From contig JAPDFW010000113.1 in the NCBI GenBank assembly GCA_028826165.1, positions 62,001-126,000 on the forward strand: a stretch of DNA of 64,000 nucleotides, in the 5' to 3' direction. The notes beneath the pieces were generated by a model. That model did not search any database and was not told where the DNA came from. It saw only the letters and a program-made list of their open reading frames with translations. This stretch comes from Anaeramoeba ignava BMAN. Lineage: Eukaryota > Protista > Anaeramoebae. The first letter of the stretch is position 1. Every line of letters starts with the position of its first letter. The position numbers and the translations under genes were made by a program. Of the stretch, positions 1 through 12,044 are shown piece after piece.

Positions 1-74
1 TTTAATTTTAATTTTAATAATTTTAAATGAATTTTAATTTTTGTTTGGTAAAAAATATGAAAAACAAAAAATAC

Positions 75-455
75 CTTAAAATGAACAAAACCGTATCCAA
101 GATTGTTTCCTGTGTTTCTATCTTTTTTAATATCAATTTTTTCAAGTTCACCAAATTTAGAAAAGATATTTTTAAGTTCAGTCTAAAAATAAAAATAAAA
201 ATAATTAAATTTAGTTTTTGTTTTTAAAATTTAATTTAATGTTTAAATAGATAAAAATGTAGATTTACATCAGTGACATTTCGAGAAAGATCACCAACAA
301 AAAGACAACGATCTTCTGGCATTTCTATTTTTACAAAAACAATTGAAATTGAAATTTAAATTTAATTTGTTAATTTGTTTATTTGTTAATTTGTTAATGT
401 TTTATGTTTTTTTTTTGGTTTATTTATTATTAAATTTACCTTGTGATTCTGACAT
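75..455 (-). CDS. RRM (RNA recognition motif) protein, 5' exons only; gene continues past the left edge of the window
   Basis: Manual splice: exons 455-440, 324-269 and 182-75 with GT-AG introns give MSESQEMPEDRCLFVGDLSRNVTDTELKNIFSKFGELEKIDIKKDRNTGNNLGYGFVHFK. This contains RNP2 (LFVGDL) and RNP1 (LGYGFVHF). Confidence 0.85.
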
Positions 456-791
456 TTTTTTTGAATTCATTTTTTTTTATATTTTTGTTTGTTTTATATA
501 AAAAAAAAAATTTTTTTTGTTTTTGTTTTTTTATTTTATTTTTTTTTTTTGGAAAGAATAAAAAAGAAAAAAATAAAAAGGAAAAAAATGAAAAAAAGAA
601 AAAGAAAAAAAAAATAAAATTTTTAATTAAAAAATCGTTATTTTTCTCAATTTAAAAAAATTTTTCTTTTTTTTTAATTTAATTTTATTTTTTCTCCTTT
701 TTATTTTTTTCATTTTTCATTTTTCCCTTTTTTTTTAATTAATTAAATTTTTAATAAAGATTTTTAATCAAAATTTTAATCAAAAAAAAAT

Positions 792-3700
792 ATGCCAAAA
801 CATAAAATAATTTCTACAGTTCCTTATTCTTCCAAAAAAAATTGTTTTATTATTGGATTTAATGATTTTAAAATGTTTGAAATTGAAGAAAATAATGTAA
901 GAAAAAATTTATACCAAAAAATAAAAAAAAGTAAATAATAAATAAATAATAAATCAATAATAAAATTTTTTCCAAATTAAATTTTAAAATAAATTCAAAA
1001 TAGATTTTTTTAAGAGATCAAACAAAAATTGATATAAATAATTGGAAAGTAAAAAATAAATAAAAAATAAAAAATAAAACGAAAAATCAAAAAAACATAC
1101 TTTTATATCAAACAAATCCTGGAATGTTAAAAAGACTTTTGATACCAAACAGAAATAAAAAAATATTTATACTAGTGTTTTGCATGGAATCCAAACAATC
1201 AATCTCAACAACTTAGTGTTGGATTAAAAGATGGAAAAGGGATAATCTTTGATACTTTTCCTTTCTTTCCAGTGATGGAACTTAATCATGCTTTACATGC
1301 TAATTCTGTTTGTGAAACAATTTCATGGAATTCTATAAATTCCAATTTGATATTGACAGGTTTTAATAAGTCTAAAAATGGATCTTCAGCATTGATTTGG
1401 AACACAACAAAATTTACAGAAAACAGCATCAAAAACAAGAATGATCTCTCACAAATATCTGTATCACAAGTTCCTTCTATGAAGGATTCAAGCGCAGATA
1501 TACAAACACAAACAACCAATAATTTTATAGGAGCAAAATATTTATTAATTGATGAAACAACAATATTTCGTGAAAAAACAAATAGAAACACAATTACAAT
1601 TACTGAACCTTTTCTAAAATTATCAACAAAAGATCCTACCTCAAGCTCTTCTTGGGTTCCTGGTAGTGATAATTCTATTTTGATTGGTTCCAAAAATCGA
1701 GTTGTCAGATTTTTCGATCTTAGATCTGGTGTTAATCAAGTTAATTCTTTAAATGCTCATTCAAAAAGTGTTGTTTCAATTGATTTTGACCCTTTTAATA
1801 TCTCACGTTTTGCTACTTATTCTCATGATGGAAATGCAAAAATTTGGGATTTAAGAGATATTTCTCAACCAATATCCTTATTTTCAACAATTATTTTCTT
1901 TTTGGGAAATTTCTAAATCTAAATCTAAATCTAAATCAAAATCAAAATCAAAATCAAAATCAAAATCAAAATCAAAATCAAAATCAAAATCTAAATCTAA
2001 ATCTAAATCTAAATCTAAATCAATTTCTAAATCAAAATCAAAATCAAAATCAATATCTAAATCAATTTCTAAATCAAAATCAAAATCAAAATCAATTTCT
2101 AAATCAAAATCAAAATCAAAATCAAAATCAAAATCAATTTCTAAATCTAAATCAATTTCTAAATCAATTTTTAAATCAATTTCTAAATCAATTTCTAAAT
2201 CAAAATCTAAATCAAAATCAAAATCAATTTCTAAATCAATTTCTAAATCAATTTTTAAATCAATTTCTAAATCAATTTCTAAATCAATATCAAAATCAAA
2301 ATCAATTTCTGAATCAATTTCTAAATCAATTTCTAAAAAATTTCTAAATCAAAAATCAATTTTAAAAATCAATTTTTTAAATCAATTTTTAAATCAATTT
2401 TTAAATCAATTTTTAAATCAAAATCTAACTAAATCTAAATCTAAATCTAAATCAATTTTTAAATCAATTTCTAAATCAATTTCTAAATCAATATCAAAAT
2501 CAAAATCAATTTCTGAATCAATTTCTAAATCAATTTCTAAATCAATTTCTAAATCAAAATCAATTTTTAAATCTAAATCAATTTCTAAATCAATTTTTAA
2601 ATCAATTTTTAAATCAATTTTTAAATCAATTTCTAAATCAAAATCTAAATCAAAATCTAAATCAAAATCAAAATCAATTTCTAAATCAAAATCAAAATCA
2701 AAATCAATTTCTAAATCAATTTCTAAATCAAAATCAAAATCAAAATCAATATCTAAATCAAAATCAATTTCTAAATCTAAATCAAAATCAAAATCAAAAT
2801 CAATTTTTAAATCAATTTCTAAATCAATTTCTAAATCAAAATCAATTTCTAAATCAAAATCTAAATCAAAATCTAAATCACTTTCTAAAAAATCAAAAAA
2901 TAAATCAAAATCAAAAATCAAAATCAAAATCATTTTCTAAATCAAAATCAATTTCAAAATCAAAATCAATTTCAAAATCAAAATCAAAATCAATTTCTAA
3001 ATCAATTTCTAAATCAAAATCAAAATCAAAATCAAAATCAAAATCAATATCAAAATCAAAATCAAAATCAAAATCAAAATCAAAATCAAAATCAAAATCA
3101 AAATCAAAATCAAAATCAAAATCAAAATCAAAATCAAAATCAAAATCAAAATCAAAATCAAAATCAAAAAAAATTTCAAAATCAAAATCAATTTCAAAAT
3201 CAAAATCAATTTCAAAATCAAAATCAATTTCAAAATCAAAATCAAAATCAATTTCTAAATCAATTTCTAAATCAATTTCTAAATCAATTTTAATTTCTAA
3301 ATCAATATCAAAATCAATATCAATATCAATTTCTAAATCTAAATCAATTTTAATTTCTAAATCAATTTCAAATTCAAATTCAAATCAATTTTTATTTAAA
3401 TTTTAATTCCTTGATAAATATAATATCTACATTTTTGAATTAGCTCCATTTCAAAAACAAATACAAAAACTTAAATGGTCTCCAACAAAAAGAGGACTTT
3501 TAGGAATTTTATGTAAAAATTCCAATATAATACAAACATGGAATTTAGAAAGTTATTCATCTAGAACAGAAGGACCATCAATATACAAAACAATTATTCT
3601 TGATACTCCTTTTAAAAGTAGAATTATTAATCAAAATTAAAATCAAAACTAAAATTTAAAATCAAATTAAATTCAAAATTAAAATTAAAATTAAAATTCA

Positions 3701-6072
3701 AATTAAAATTAAAATTAAAATTAAAATTAAAATTAAATTTAAATTCTCTCAGATTCATTTTCACAAGAATCATTATGCTCTTTCGATTGGATTGAAAATC
3801 AATCAAAACCTTGTTTGTTATCAATAACAGGATCAAATCTAATTCAAATTAAACCAATTCGGAATGTGATTCTTCCAAAATTTACAAATCATCCAAAAAT
3901 ACTTTTTACAGGAGATAATGCAATATTTAAAGAAAAAATATCACGTTCTCCATTTCCTCTTGAAATGCAAAAACCTTATTATGATATTTCCGAACTTATA
4001 AAAAAAAGAGCAAAAAATGGATATTCACTTGATATTTCAAAAAATATTTCAATTTTTTCCAAAAATTCAAAATCAGAAAATGAAGACTTATATTCTATTT
4101 GGAAATTTATAAGAAAATTAAATAAAACCAATAGTGAAATTCTTTCTTTAGGAGTAACAAAAATATTAACAAATCAAAAAGAAAATTCAAGTAATTGAAA
4201 AAATTAATCAATTTTTGGAATGAAAAAAATTTCTTTTCTTTTTTTCTTTAAAAAACAATATTTAAATCATAATTTATTTTTGTTTTTAGCTCAATTAACT
4301 AAATATCATGGAGATATTCAAATTCCTCAATTCGAAAGCAAAGAAAGAAAAGAAATTTTTCATTTTTGTGGATGGGAAAATTATAAAGAATGGAAAATGA
4401 GCAAATCAAAAACAATTGAAAGAATTATTGCAATTGCAATATTTAATTTTGATTTTGATTTTGCAATATCATTATTACAATCATTTGAAAAAGAAGAGAA
4501 AAATTCAAATCAAAAAAATTCAAATCAAAAATTTAAATCAAAAATTCAAATCAAAATGAAAATAATCAGACAGAAGAAGAAAATGAATATTCACTTCCAT
4601 ATTCTTTACTTTCATTAGCACTTTCAGGTGTTGAAGAAAAAGAAACAGAAAGATGGAAAGAAACTTGTCAAAATTTGGTTCCACTTTTTAAAAATCCATA
4701 TTTAAAAGTGGGATTTTCTTTTTTATCACAAGATTGGGATAATTGCCAAACAATTTCATATAATAGACAACTATTAATACAAGATAGAGTTGCATTTTCA
4801 TGCGCATTTCTTGATGATACAACACTTTTGGAAATTGTAAATTATTATGAAAAATTATATATGGAAACTGGTGAATTACTTGGACTTTTTTTTACAGGAA
4901 TTAATAGTTATAAAGCAATTTATTTAATAAGAAAATACGTCAACAAAACAAATGATATTCAAACTGCAATTCTTATATTAATTAATTTATTACCAACAAT
5001 TGTTAATACTCAAATAACTAACATCGATCCAAAAATTTCCGTTCAAGCTCTTTTACTTTCAAGAAATTGGTTGAAAACTTACCGTTCTCTTTTGGATCAA
5101 CTTGGATTATGGGAACAACGTGCTTTGTTTGATATTCAACTTAATTCCTTTTTAAATTTAAATAATATTACATGGCTGTCAAACAAAATGAGAAAAACAA
5201 TTGATGATAATTTTTCAGAAATTATTTGTATGTTTTGTAAATCAAAAATTCGCATTTCAGATGATGCTGAATTTTGTCCTAATTGTGGGAAATCTTTACC
5301 AAAATGTTATGTTTGTTCAAAAAGGATTGATTTTGGAAAATTACATCAACATCAAAATAAAAATCAAATTCAAATTGAAAATCAAATTCAAAATCAAAAT
5401 CAAAATCAAAATCAAAATGAAAATGAAAATCAAAATCAAAATCAAAATAAAATTCAAATTCAAAATCAAAATCAAAATCAAAATGAAAATCAAAATGAAA
5501 ATCAAATTGAAAATCAAATTGAAAATCAAATTCAAATTCAAAATCAAAATCAAAATCAAAATCAAATTAAAAATCAAAATCAAATTCAAATTCAAATTGA
5601 AAATCAAAATCAAAATCAAATTCAAATTCAAATTCAAAATCAAAATCAAAATCAAAATCAAATTCAAAATCAAAATCAAAATCAAAATCAAATTGAAAAT
5701 CAAAATCAAAATCAAAATCTAAATCAAAATCAAAATCAAAATCAAAATCAAAATCAAAATCAAAATCAAAATCAAAATCAAAATCAAATTAAAAATCAAA
5801 TTCAAATTCAAATTGAAAATCAAAATCAAAATCAAATTAAAAATCAAAATCAAATTAAAAATCAAATTCAAAATCAAAATCAAAATCAAAATCAAAATTT
5901 AATTGAAATTGATAATGATTCAGATTCTCATACTCTTTGTTGGTGTCAAAAATGTTTTCATGTTGCTCATCTTTCTTGTGCTGCTAAATGGTTTAAATCT
6001 CATTCAGAATGTGGTGTTTATCGTTGTCATTGTCATTGTTGGGAAATGACAACTAAAAAAAGGATTTTTTAA
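792..6072 (+). CDS. MIOS: GATOR2 complex subunit MIOS/Sea4 (WD40 + alpha-solenoid + C-terminal zinc finger/RING), multi-exon
   Basis: WD40 repeats (VRFFDLR, AKIWDLR, LKWSPTKRGLL), KKRAKNGYSLD, NPYLKVGFSFLS, DRVAFSCAFLDD, YVNKTNDIQTA, YRSLLDQLGLWEQRALFDI, CPNCGKSLPKCYVC and WCQKCFHVAHLSCAAKWFKSHSECGVYRCHCHC all match the Mio architecture. There is an apparent frameshift at ~4520-4550 in an A-rich repeat. Confidence 0.88.
1872..3430 (+). other. U12-type (minor) AT-AC spliceosomal intron in MIOS
   Basis: Donor ATATCCTT at 1872, branch TTCCTTGAT at 3407-3415, terminal AC at 3429-3430. Removal joins WDLRDISQP|IFELAPFQKQIQKLKWSP in frame. No GT donor is available near the exon end. Confidence 0.88.
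1912..3390. repeat. AAATCA / AAATCAATTTCT micro-minisatellite filling the AT-AC intron
   Basis: Direct inspection of 6-bp and 12-bp periodic repeats. Confidence 0.95.
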
Positions 6073-6266
6073 AAAGAGGATCTTTTCAAATTAATTTAAA
6101 AATTAAATAAAATAATAAAAGGGGGCAAATTATATTTAAATTAAATTTTTTTTATTTATTTTTCAATTTTTTTTTTTTCATTTTTTTCCTTTTTATTTTT
6201 TTTCTTCTTTTATTTTCTTCTTTATTTTTAAAATAAAAAAAAAATTTAATTTTTATTATAATTTAA

Positions 6267-9130
6267 ATGGCACTTGGAACACAAAAACGTAAAAAAAAAT
6301 AATAAAAAATAATAAAAAATAATAAAAAATAAAAGGAAAAAAATTTTAATTAAAAAAATTTATTTTTGATTATTTTTATATTTTATAGAGTAATTTATTT
6401 AGTTTATTCAAAATATTTCTCTTTTAGATTTTTTTATTTTTTAACCATTTTTTTTTCCTTTTTGCTTTTTTTTAATTAAACAAGACTTCTTATTTTTTCT
6501 TTTGCACTTGCAGTTGGAATTTGTAAGTTTATTTAGAACTGAACTATTTTAAAAATTAACGAAAATCCAATTCAAATTAAATACAAATTATTTATTAAAT
6601 TAATTATTAAATTAATTATAAAATTATTTATAAAATTATTTATAAAATTAATTATAAAATTATTTATAAAATTAATTATAAAATTATTTATAAAATTAAT
6701 TATAAAATTATTTATAAAATTATTTATAAAATTATTTATAAAATTAAATATAAAATTATTTATAAAATTATTTATAAAATTATTTATAAAATTATTTATA
6801 AAATTATTTATAAAATTATTTATAAAATTATTTATAAAATTATTTATAAAATTATTTATAAAATTATTTATAAAATTATTTATAAAATTAAATATAAAAT
6901 TAATTATTTATAAAATTATTTATAAAATTATTTATAAAATTAATTATTAAATTATTTATAAAATTAATTATTAAATTATTTATAAAATTAATTAAATTAT
7001 TTATAAAAATTATTTATAAAATTATTTATAAAATTATTTATAAAATTATTTATAAAATTATTTATAAAATTATTTATAAAATTATTTATAAAATTAAATA
7101 AAATTATTTATAAAATTATTTATAAAATTATTTATAAAATTATTTATAAAATTATTTATAAAATTATTTATAAAATTAATTATAAAATTAAATATAAAAT
7201 TATTTATAAAATTAAATATAAAATTATTTATAAAATTAAATATAAAATTATTTATAAAATTATTTATAAAATTATTTATAAAATTAATTATAAAATTAAA
7301 TATAAAATTATTTATAAAAATTATTTATAAAATTATTTATTAAATTAATTATAAAATTAATTATAAAATTAAATATAAAATTATTTATAAAATTATTTAT
7401 AAAATTATTTATAAAATTATTTATAAAATTATTTATAAAATTATTTATAAAATTAATTATAAAATTATTTATAAAATTAATTATAAAATTATTTATCAAA
7501 TTATTTATAAAATTATTTATAAAATTATTTATAAAATTATTTATAAAATTATTTATAAAATTAATTATAAAATTATTTATAAAATTATAAAATTATATAT
7601 AAAATTATTTATAAAATTATTTATAAAAATTATTTATAAAATTATTTATAAAATTATTTATAAAATTATTTATTAAATTAAATATAAAATTATTTATAAA
7701 ATTATATATAAAATTATTTATAAAATTATTTATAAAATTATTTATAAAATTATTTATAAAATTATTTATAAAATTATTTATAAAATTATTTATAAAATTA
7801 TTTATAAAATTATTTATAAAATTATTTATAAAATTATTTATAAAATTATTTATAAAATTAATTATAAAATTAAATATAAAATTATTTATAAAATTATTTA
7901 TAAAATTATTTATAAAATTAAATATAAAATTATTTATAAAATTATTTATAAAATTATTTATAAAATTATTTATAAAATTATTTATAAAATTAAATATAAA
8001 ATTATTTATAAAATTATTTATAAAATTATTTATAAAATTAAATATAAAATTATTTATAAAATTATTTATAAAATTATTTATAAAATTATTTATAAAATTA
8101 TTTATAAAATTATTAATAAAATTATTTATAAAATTATTTATAAAATTATTTATAAAATTATTTATAAAATTATTTATAAAATTATTTATAAAATTAAATA
8201 TAAAATTATTTATAAAATTAAATATAAAATTATTTATAAAATTATTTATAAAATTATTTATAAAATTTCTTTTTGAAATTGTTTTTATTTAGTATTAAAT
8301 ATAGTTGCATGCGCTGTTTATCATGAATGGATTTTACTTGTTGTTATTTTGTTTTATTTCTTTACAGCGCTTCCAAACATTCTTTGTGGATCTACTTCAG
8401 AAGATTTTCTTGCAGATTCACCATCAAAGTAAATTTAAAATTTAATAATAATTTTATTTAATAATTTTATTTAATAATTTTATTTAATAATTTTATAAAT
8501 GAAATAGTTTGGAATTGATTGCAAATTTCTTTACAGGAATTTTAAGCGTTTCAGGATTTGGTAAATTTATATTATATTAATTTAATTATTTTAATTATTT
8601 ATATTATATTAATTATTTTAATTATTTAAATTATATTAATTATTTTAATTATTTAAATTATATTAATTATTTAAATTATATTAATTATTTTAATTATTTT
8701 AATTATATTAATTGTTTTAATTATTTTAATTATTTTAATTATTTTAATTATTTTAATTATTTTAATTATATTAATTATTTTAATTATTTTAATTATTTAA
8801 ATTATATTAATTATATTAATTATTTTAATTATTTTAATTATTTTAATTATTTAAATTATTTTAATTATTTTAATTATTTATATTATATTAATTATTTTAA
8901 TTATTTTAATTATTTTAATTATATTAATTATTTTAATTATATTAATTATTTAAATTATTTTAATTATTTTCTTTGTTAAAAAAAAATAATCAGCATTGCC
9001 ACTTGTTCTAGCACATACGGGAGCAGTGAAAATAGAAGCTGCAATTTTATCTCTTTGTGGAGGAATTGTTGTCGCAGTTACAGTTATTTTTGCATTGAAA
9101 AGGATTGTTGGAAAAAAACCAGATTTTTAA
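6267..9130 (+). CDS. VPS55: Vps55 / OB-RGRP (endospanin) family small multi-pass membrane protein, multi-exon
   Basis: Spliced product MALGTQK.LLIFSFALAVGILLNIVACAVYHEWILLVVILFYFFTALPNILC...ANFFTGILSVSGFALPLVLAHTGAVKIEAAILSLCGG...KPDF*. FFTG..VSGFALP.VLAH is the Vps55 signature. Confidence 0.88.
6585..8267. repeat. 12-bp minisatellite (TTTATAAAATTA)n in a Vps55 intron
   Basis: About 1.7 kb of near-pure A/T 12-mer tandem repeat. Confidence 0.95.
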
Positions 9131-9329
9131 CAAATTGATTTCTTCTTTTTAATTCAAAAACAAAACACAATTTTTTCTTCTTTTTTTTAATTCAATCAAA
9201 TTTTTTTTTTCTTTTGATTAATTTTCAAAATTTTCAGTTTTCAAAGTTTCTTTTTTTTTGGAAATATAATCTTCAGTCAGAAGCATTAAAATATCAAAAT
9301 CTCTCTTTATTTCAAATTAAATTTTTTTC

Positions 9330-10100
9330 ATTTTGATTTTCAAATTGATTTTCAATTTATTTGAATTTGAATTTGATTTTGAATTTGAATTTGAATTTGA
9401 ATTTGAATTTTAATTTTGATTTTGATTTTGATTTTGATTTTGATTTTGATTTTGATTTTGAATTTAATTTTGATTTTGATTTTGATTTTGATTTTGATTT
9501 TGATTTTCAAGTTGATTTTAATTTGAATTTGATTTTGATTTTGATTTTGATTTTGATTTTGATTTTGAAAAACCAGATTTTTAATTTTAAATTGATTTTT
9601 GATTTTCTTTTGATTTCAAAATTTTGATTTTGAAAACACAATTTTGATTTTGATTTTTATTTTCATTTCAAATTTTTCTTTTGATTTTCATTTTTTCAAA
9701 ATTTTCATTTTTTTCAAAGATTTCTTTTTGAATTATAATTTTCATTTTGATTTTAAAATTTTGAATTTGATTTTGATTTCAAATTAAATTTTTCATTTTG
9801 ATTTTGATTTTGATTTTGATTTTGATTTTGATTTTGAATTTGATTTTCATTTGAATTTGATTTTGAATTTGATTTTGATTTTGATTTTGATTTTCAATTT
9901 GATTTTGATTTTCAATTTGATTTTGATTTTGATTTTGATTTTGATTTTGAATTTAATTTTGATTTTGATTTTGAATTTGATTTTCATTTTGATTTTGATT
10001 TTGAATTTAATTTTGATTTTGATTTTCATTTTCAATTTGATTTTGATTTTGATTTTGATTTTGATTTTGAATTTGAATTTTGATTTTGATTTTGAATTTG
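9330..10100. repeat. (GATTTT)n microsatellite between convergent genes
   Basis: Direct inspection. Confidence 0.9.
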
Positions 10101-10108
10101 GTTTTTTT

Positions 10109-11926
10109 TCAATTTAATTTTTCAGTATTCCAAAAAGTAAAATTAATTGATGAAATAAATAAATTCTTCCAAATAAATTTTTGAATCAAAGATCCAAAAC
10201 AAGCTTCTATTAAAAACGCATAAAATTTTCTAAATAAACTTTGTTGATTAAAAAATTTTTTCCAAATTTTTGATTGAGAAATAAAAATAATTGAAGCATT
10301 TGAAGTATTTTCTTTGCAAATCTGAAGAAATTCTTTGAAACAAAAAGTATTTCCATCAGGAAGTATCCAATCACCTGATTTTTGGTTGCAATTTCCTGAA
10401 AATACAACAAGATAAACAGCAATTTCTTTGGAGAAAAAATTTTTGAAATTAAAAATTAAATCATCTTTGGAATAATTTTTTCCGTGAAAATAATAAATTT
10501 GAAAAGGAAAATTCTGTAATTCCTTTTTTAAAGAAAAACAATAATCTCGAAATTGTCTTTTTTTAAATGATTTGCGAATTGCCACTTGAGAATCTTCTTG
10601 TTTTTTCGAATCAATAAATATTGCTCTTGAAAATGAAGGAAGAATTTGTAGAGTTGAAGTTGCAATTATGAAAATAACAAGATTGCTAAGAAAAGAAAGA
10701 ATATTTATCAATTGGATAAATTCATGATCCAAAAAAAACCGAATCCAAATTTTCTTATTTTCTTGAGAAATGAAATTTGATTCAAATGGAATTTGTTTTG
10801 AAATTAAAAGTCTTTCCAAAATTATCAAAATCATTGTTTCCAAGCAATTTATTGCAATAGAAGTGCAAAAATACCGACATTTCAAAATGATATTAATTAA
10901 GATTTTCCGTTCATTTTTCGCAAGTGTTTTTTCTTGGTTTTCAATCAAAAGAGTTGATGAAATGAAAGGTTTTGATAATGAAATGAAAGCGAGCATTTTG
11001 TTAATATTTGAATACTGTCTAAAAACCATATAAATCCTCAAATAGCAAATTATATTTTTCAAATGGAATAAAAATATTGAAATTGTTGACATGATCAGAA
11101 TAACGGAAAAAATTTTGATAAAAAAAAGTGCTCTTGAATTTCTTCCAAATAAAAATTCAAATGAAATTTTCTTCCAATTTTGTTTTGCCAAAAATTCAAG
11201 AGGAAAAGCAACAAATTTAATTGCCAAAATTTGAGTAAATAAAACTACTATTGTTTGCAAAAGCAAAAATAAATAAAAAATTGAGAAAATTAATTTTAAG
11301 ATTGAAATCCCATCAATTGAAACAAATTGGATTAAAACTTGGAATTGAATAAAAGAAAATATTAAAAAGAAGATGAAGGTCTTTTGTTTGTTTTTTTTAA
11401 AGAAGCAAAAATATAAAAATGAGAAGAAAAAAAAATTTTTTTTTTGGGAATTTTTTTCTTGTTTTACAAAAATATAAGAAATTTTGTTTTTAATTTCAAG
11501 TTGTAAAATATCGTTAATTAAAAAAGCAAGAAAAAGAAGATCTGTATTTAATGATTTAAGTTGAATCCAATGAGGAAAGTAAATGGAATTAAAAGAGAAA
11601 TTTAAAAGAATAATTTGTAAAAAAATTTTAGGGAAAAAATCGGAATTTTTTGAAAATAATTTGAAGATTAAAAATAAAATTTGGAAGAATAAAATGAGAA
11701 CGAAAATGAACATGAAAAAAGAGTTTTTAATATAAATTAGAGTTAAAAATAAAGGCCATAAATCATATGGAGTTGATAATAAAGTTTTTTTTTGAGGATT
11801 TGATAAAAATAAGAAGAAAGAAAGAAGAAACCAAATTATAGAAATTATTGGTTGAGTTTGAGTAAAAGAAGATAAAGAAAAAACTTGGAATAATAAAGTA
11901 AATTTTAAATCTAAATTAACTTTCAT
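10109..11926 (-). CDS. TMEM168-like multi-pass membrane protein
   Basis: Many hydrophobic segments followed by a soluble C-terminal domain YLVVFSGNCNQKSGDWILPDGNTFCFKEFLQ...IIFISQSKIW, resembling the TMEM168 C-terminus (recalled motif Y.LYYSGH...GEW.L.GG). ATG at 11926. Probable in-frame 87-nt GT-AG intron at 11381-11467. Confidence 0.6.
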   Translation of the reverse strand: MKVNLDLKFTLLFQVFSLSSFTQTQPIISIIWFLLSFFLFLSNPQKKTLLSTPYDLWPLFLTLIYIKNSFFMFIFVLILFFQILFLIFKLFSKNSDFFPKIFLQIILLNFSFNSIYFPHWIQLKSLNTDLLFLAFLINDILQLEIKNKISYIFVKQEKNSQKKNFFFFSFLYFCFFKKNKQKTFIFFLIFSFIQFQVLIQFVSIDGISILKLIFSIFYLFLLLQTIVVLFTQILAIKFVAFPLEFLAKQNWKKISFEFLFGRNSRALFFIKIFSVILIMSTISIFLFHLKNIICYLRIYMVFRQYSNINKMLAFISLSKPFISSTLLIENQEKTLAKNERKILINIILKCRYFCTSIAINCLETMILIILERLLISKQIPFESNFISQENKKIWIRFFLDHEFIQLINILSFLSNLVIFIIATSTLQILPSFSRAIFIDSKKQEDSQVAIRKSFKKRQFRDYCFSLKKELQNFPFQIYYFHGKNYSKDDLIFNFKNFFSKEIAVYLVVFSGNCNQKSGDWILPDGNTFCFKEFLQICKENTSNASIIFISQSKIWKKFFNQQSLFRKFYAFLIEACFGSLIQKFIWKNLFISSINFTFWNTEKLN

Positions 11927-12044
11927 GATTTTCAATTAAATAAAATGAAAAAAAATGAAAAAAGAAAAAATGAAAAAAAAATTTTTCATTTTTTCTCTTT
12001 TAAAAATAAAAATAATAAAAATAATAAATATATAAAAATTTTAA

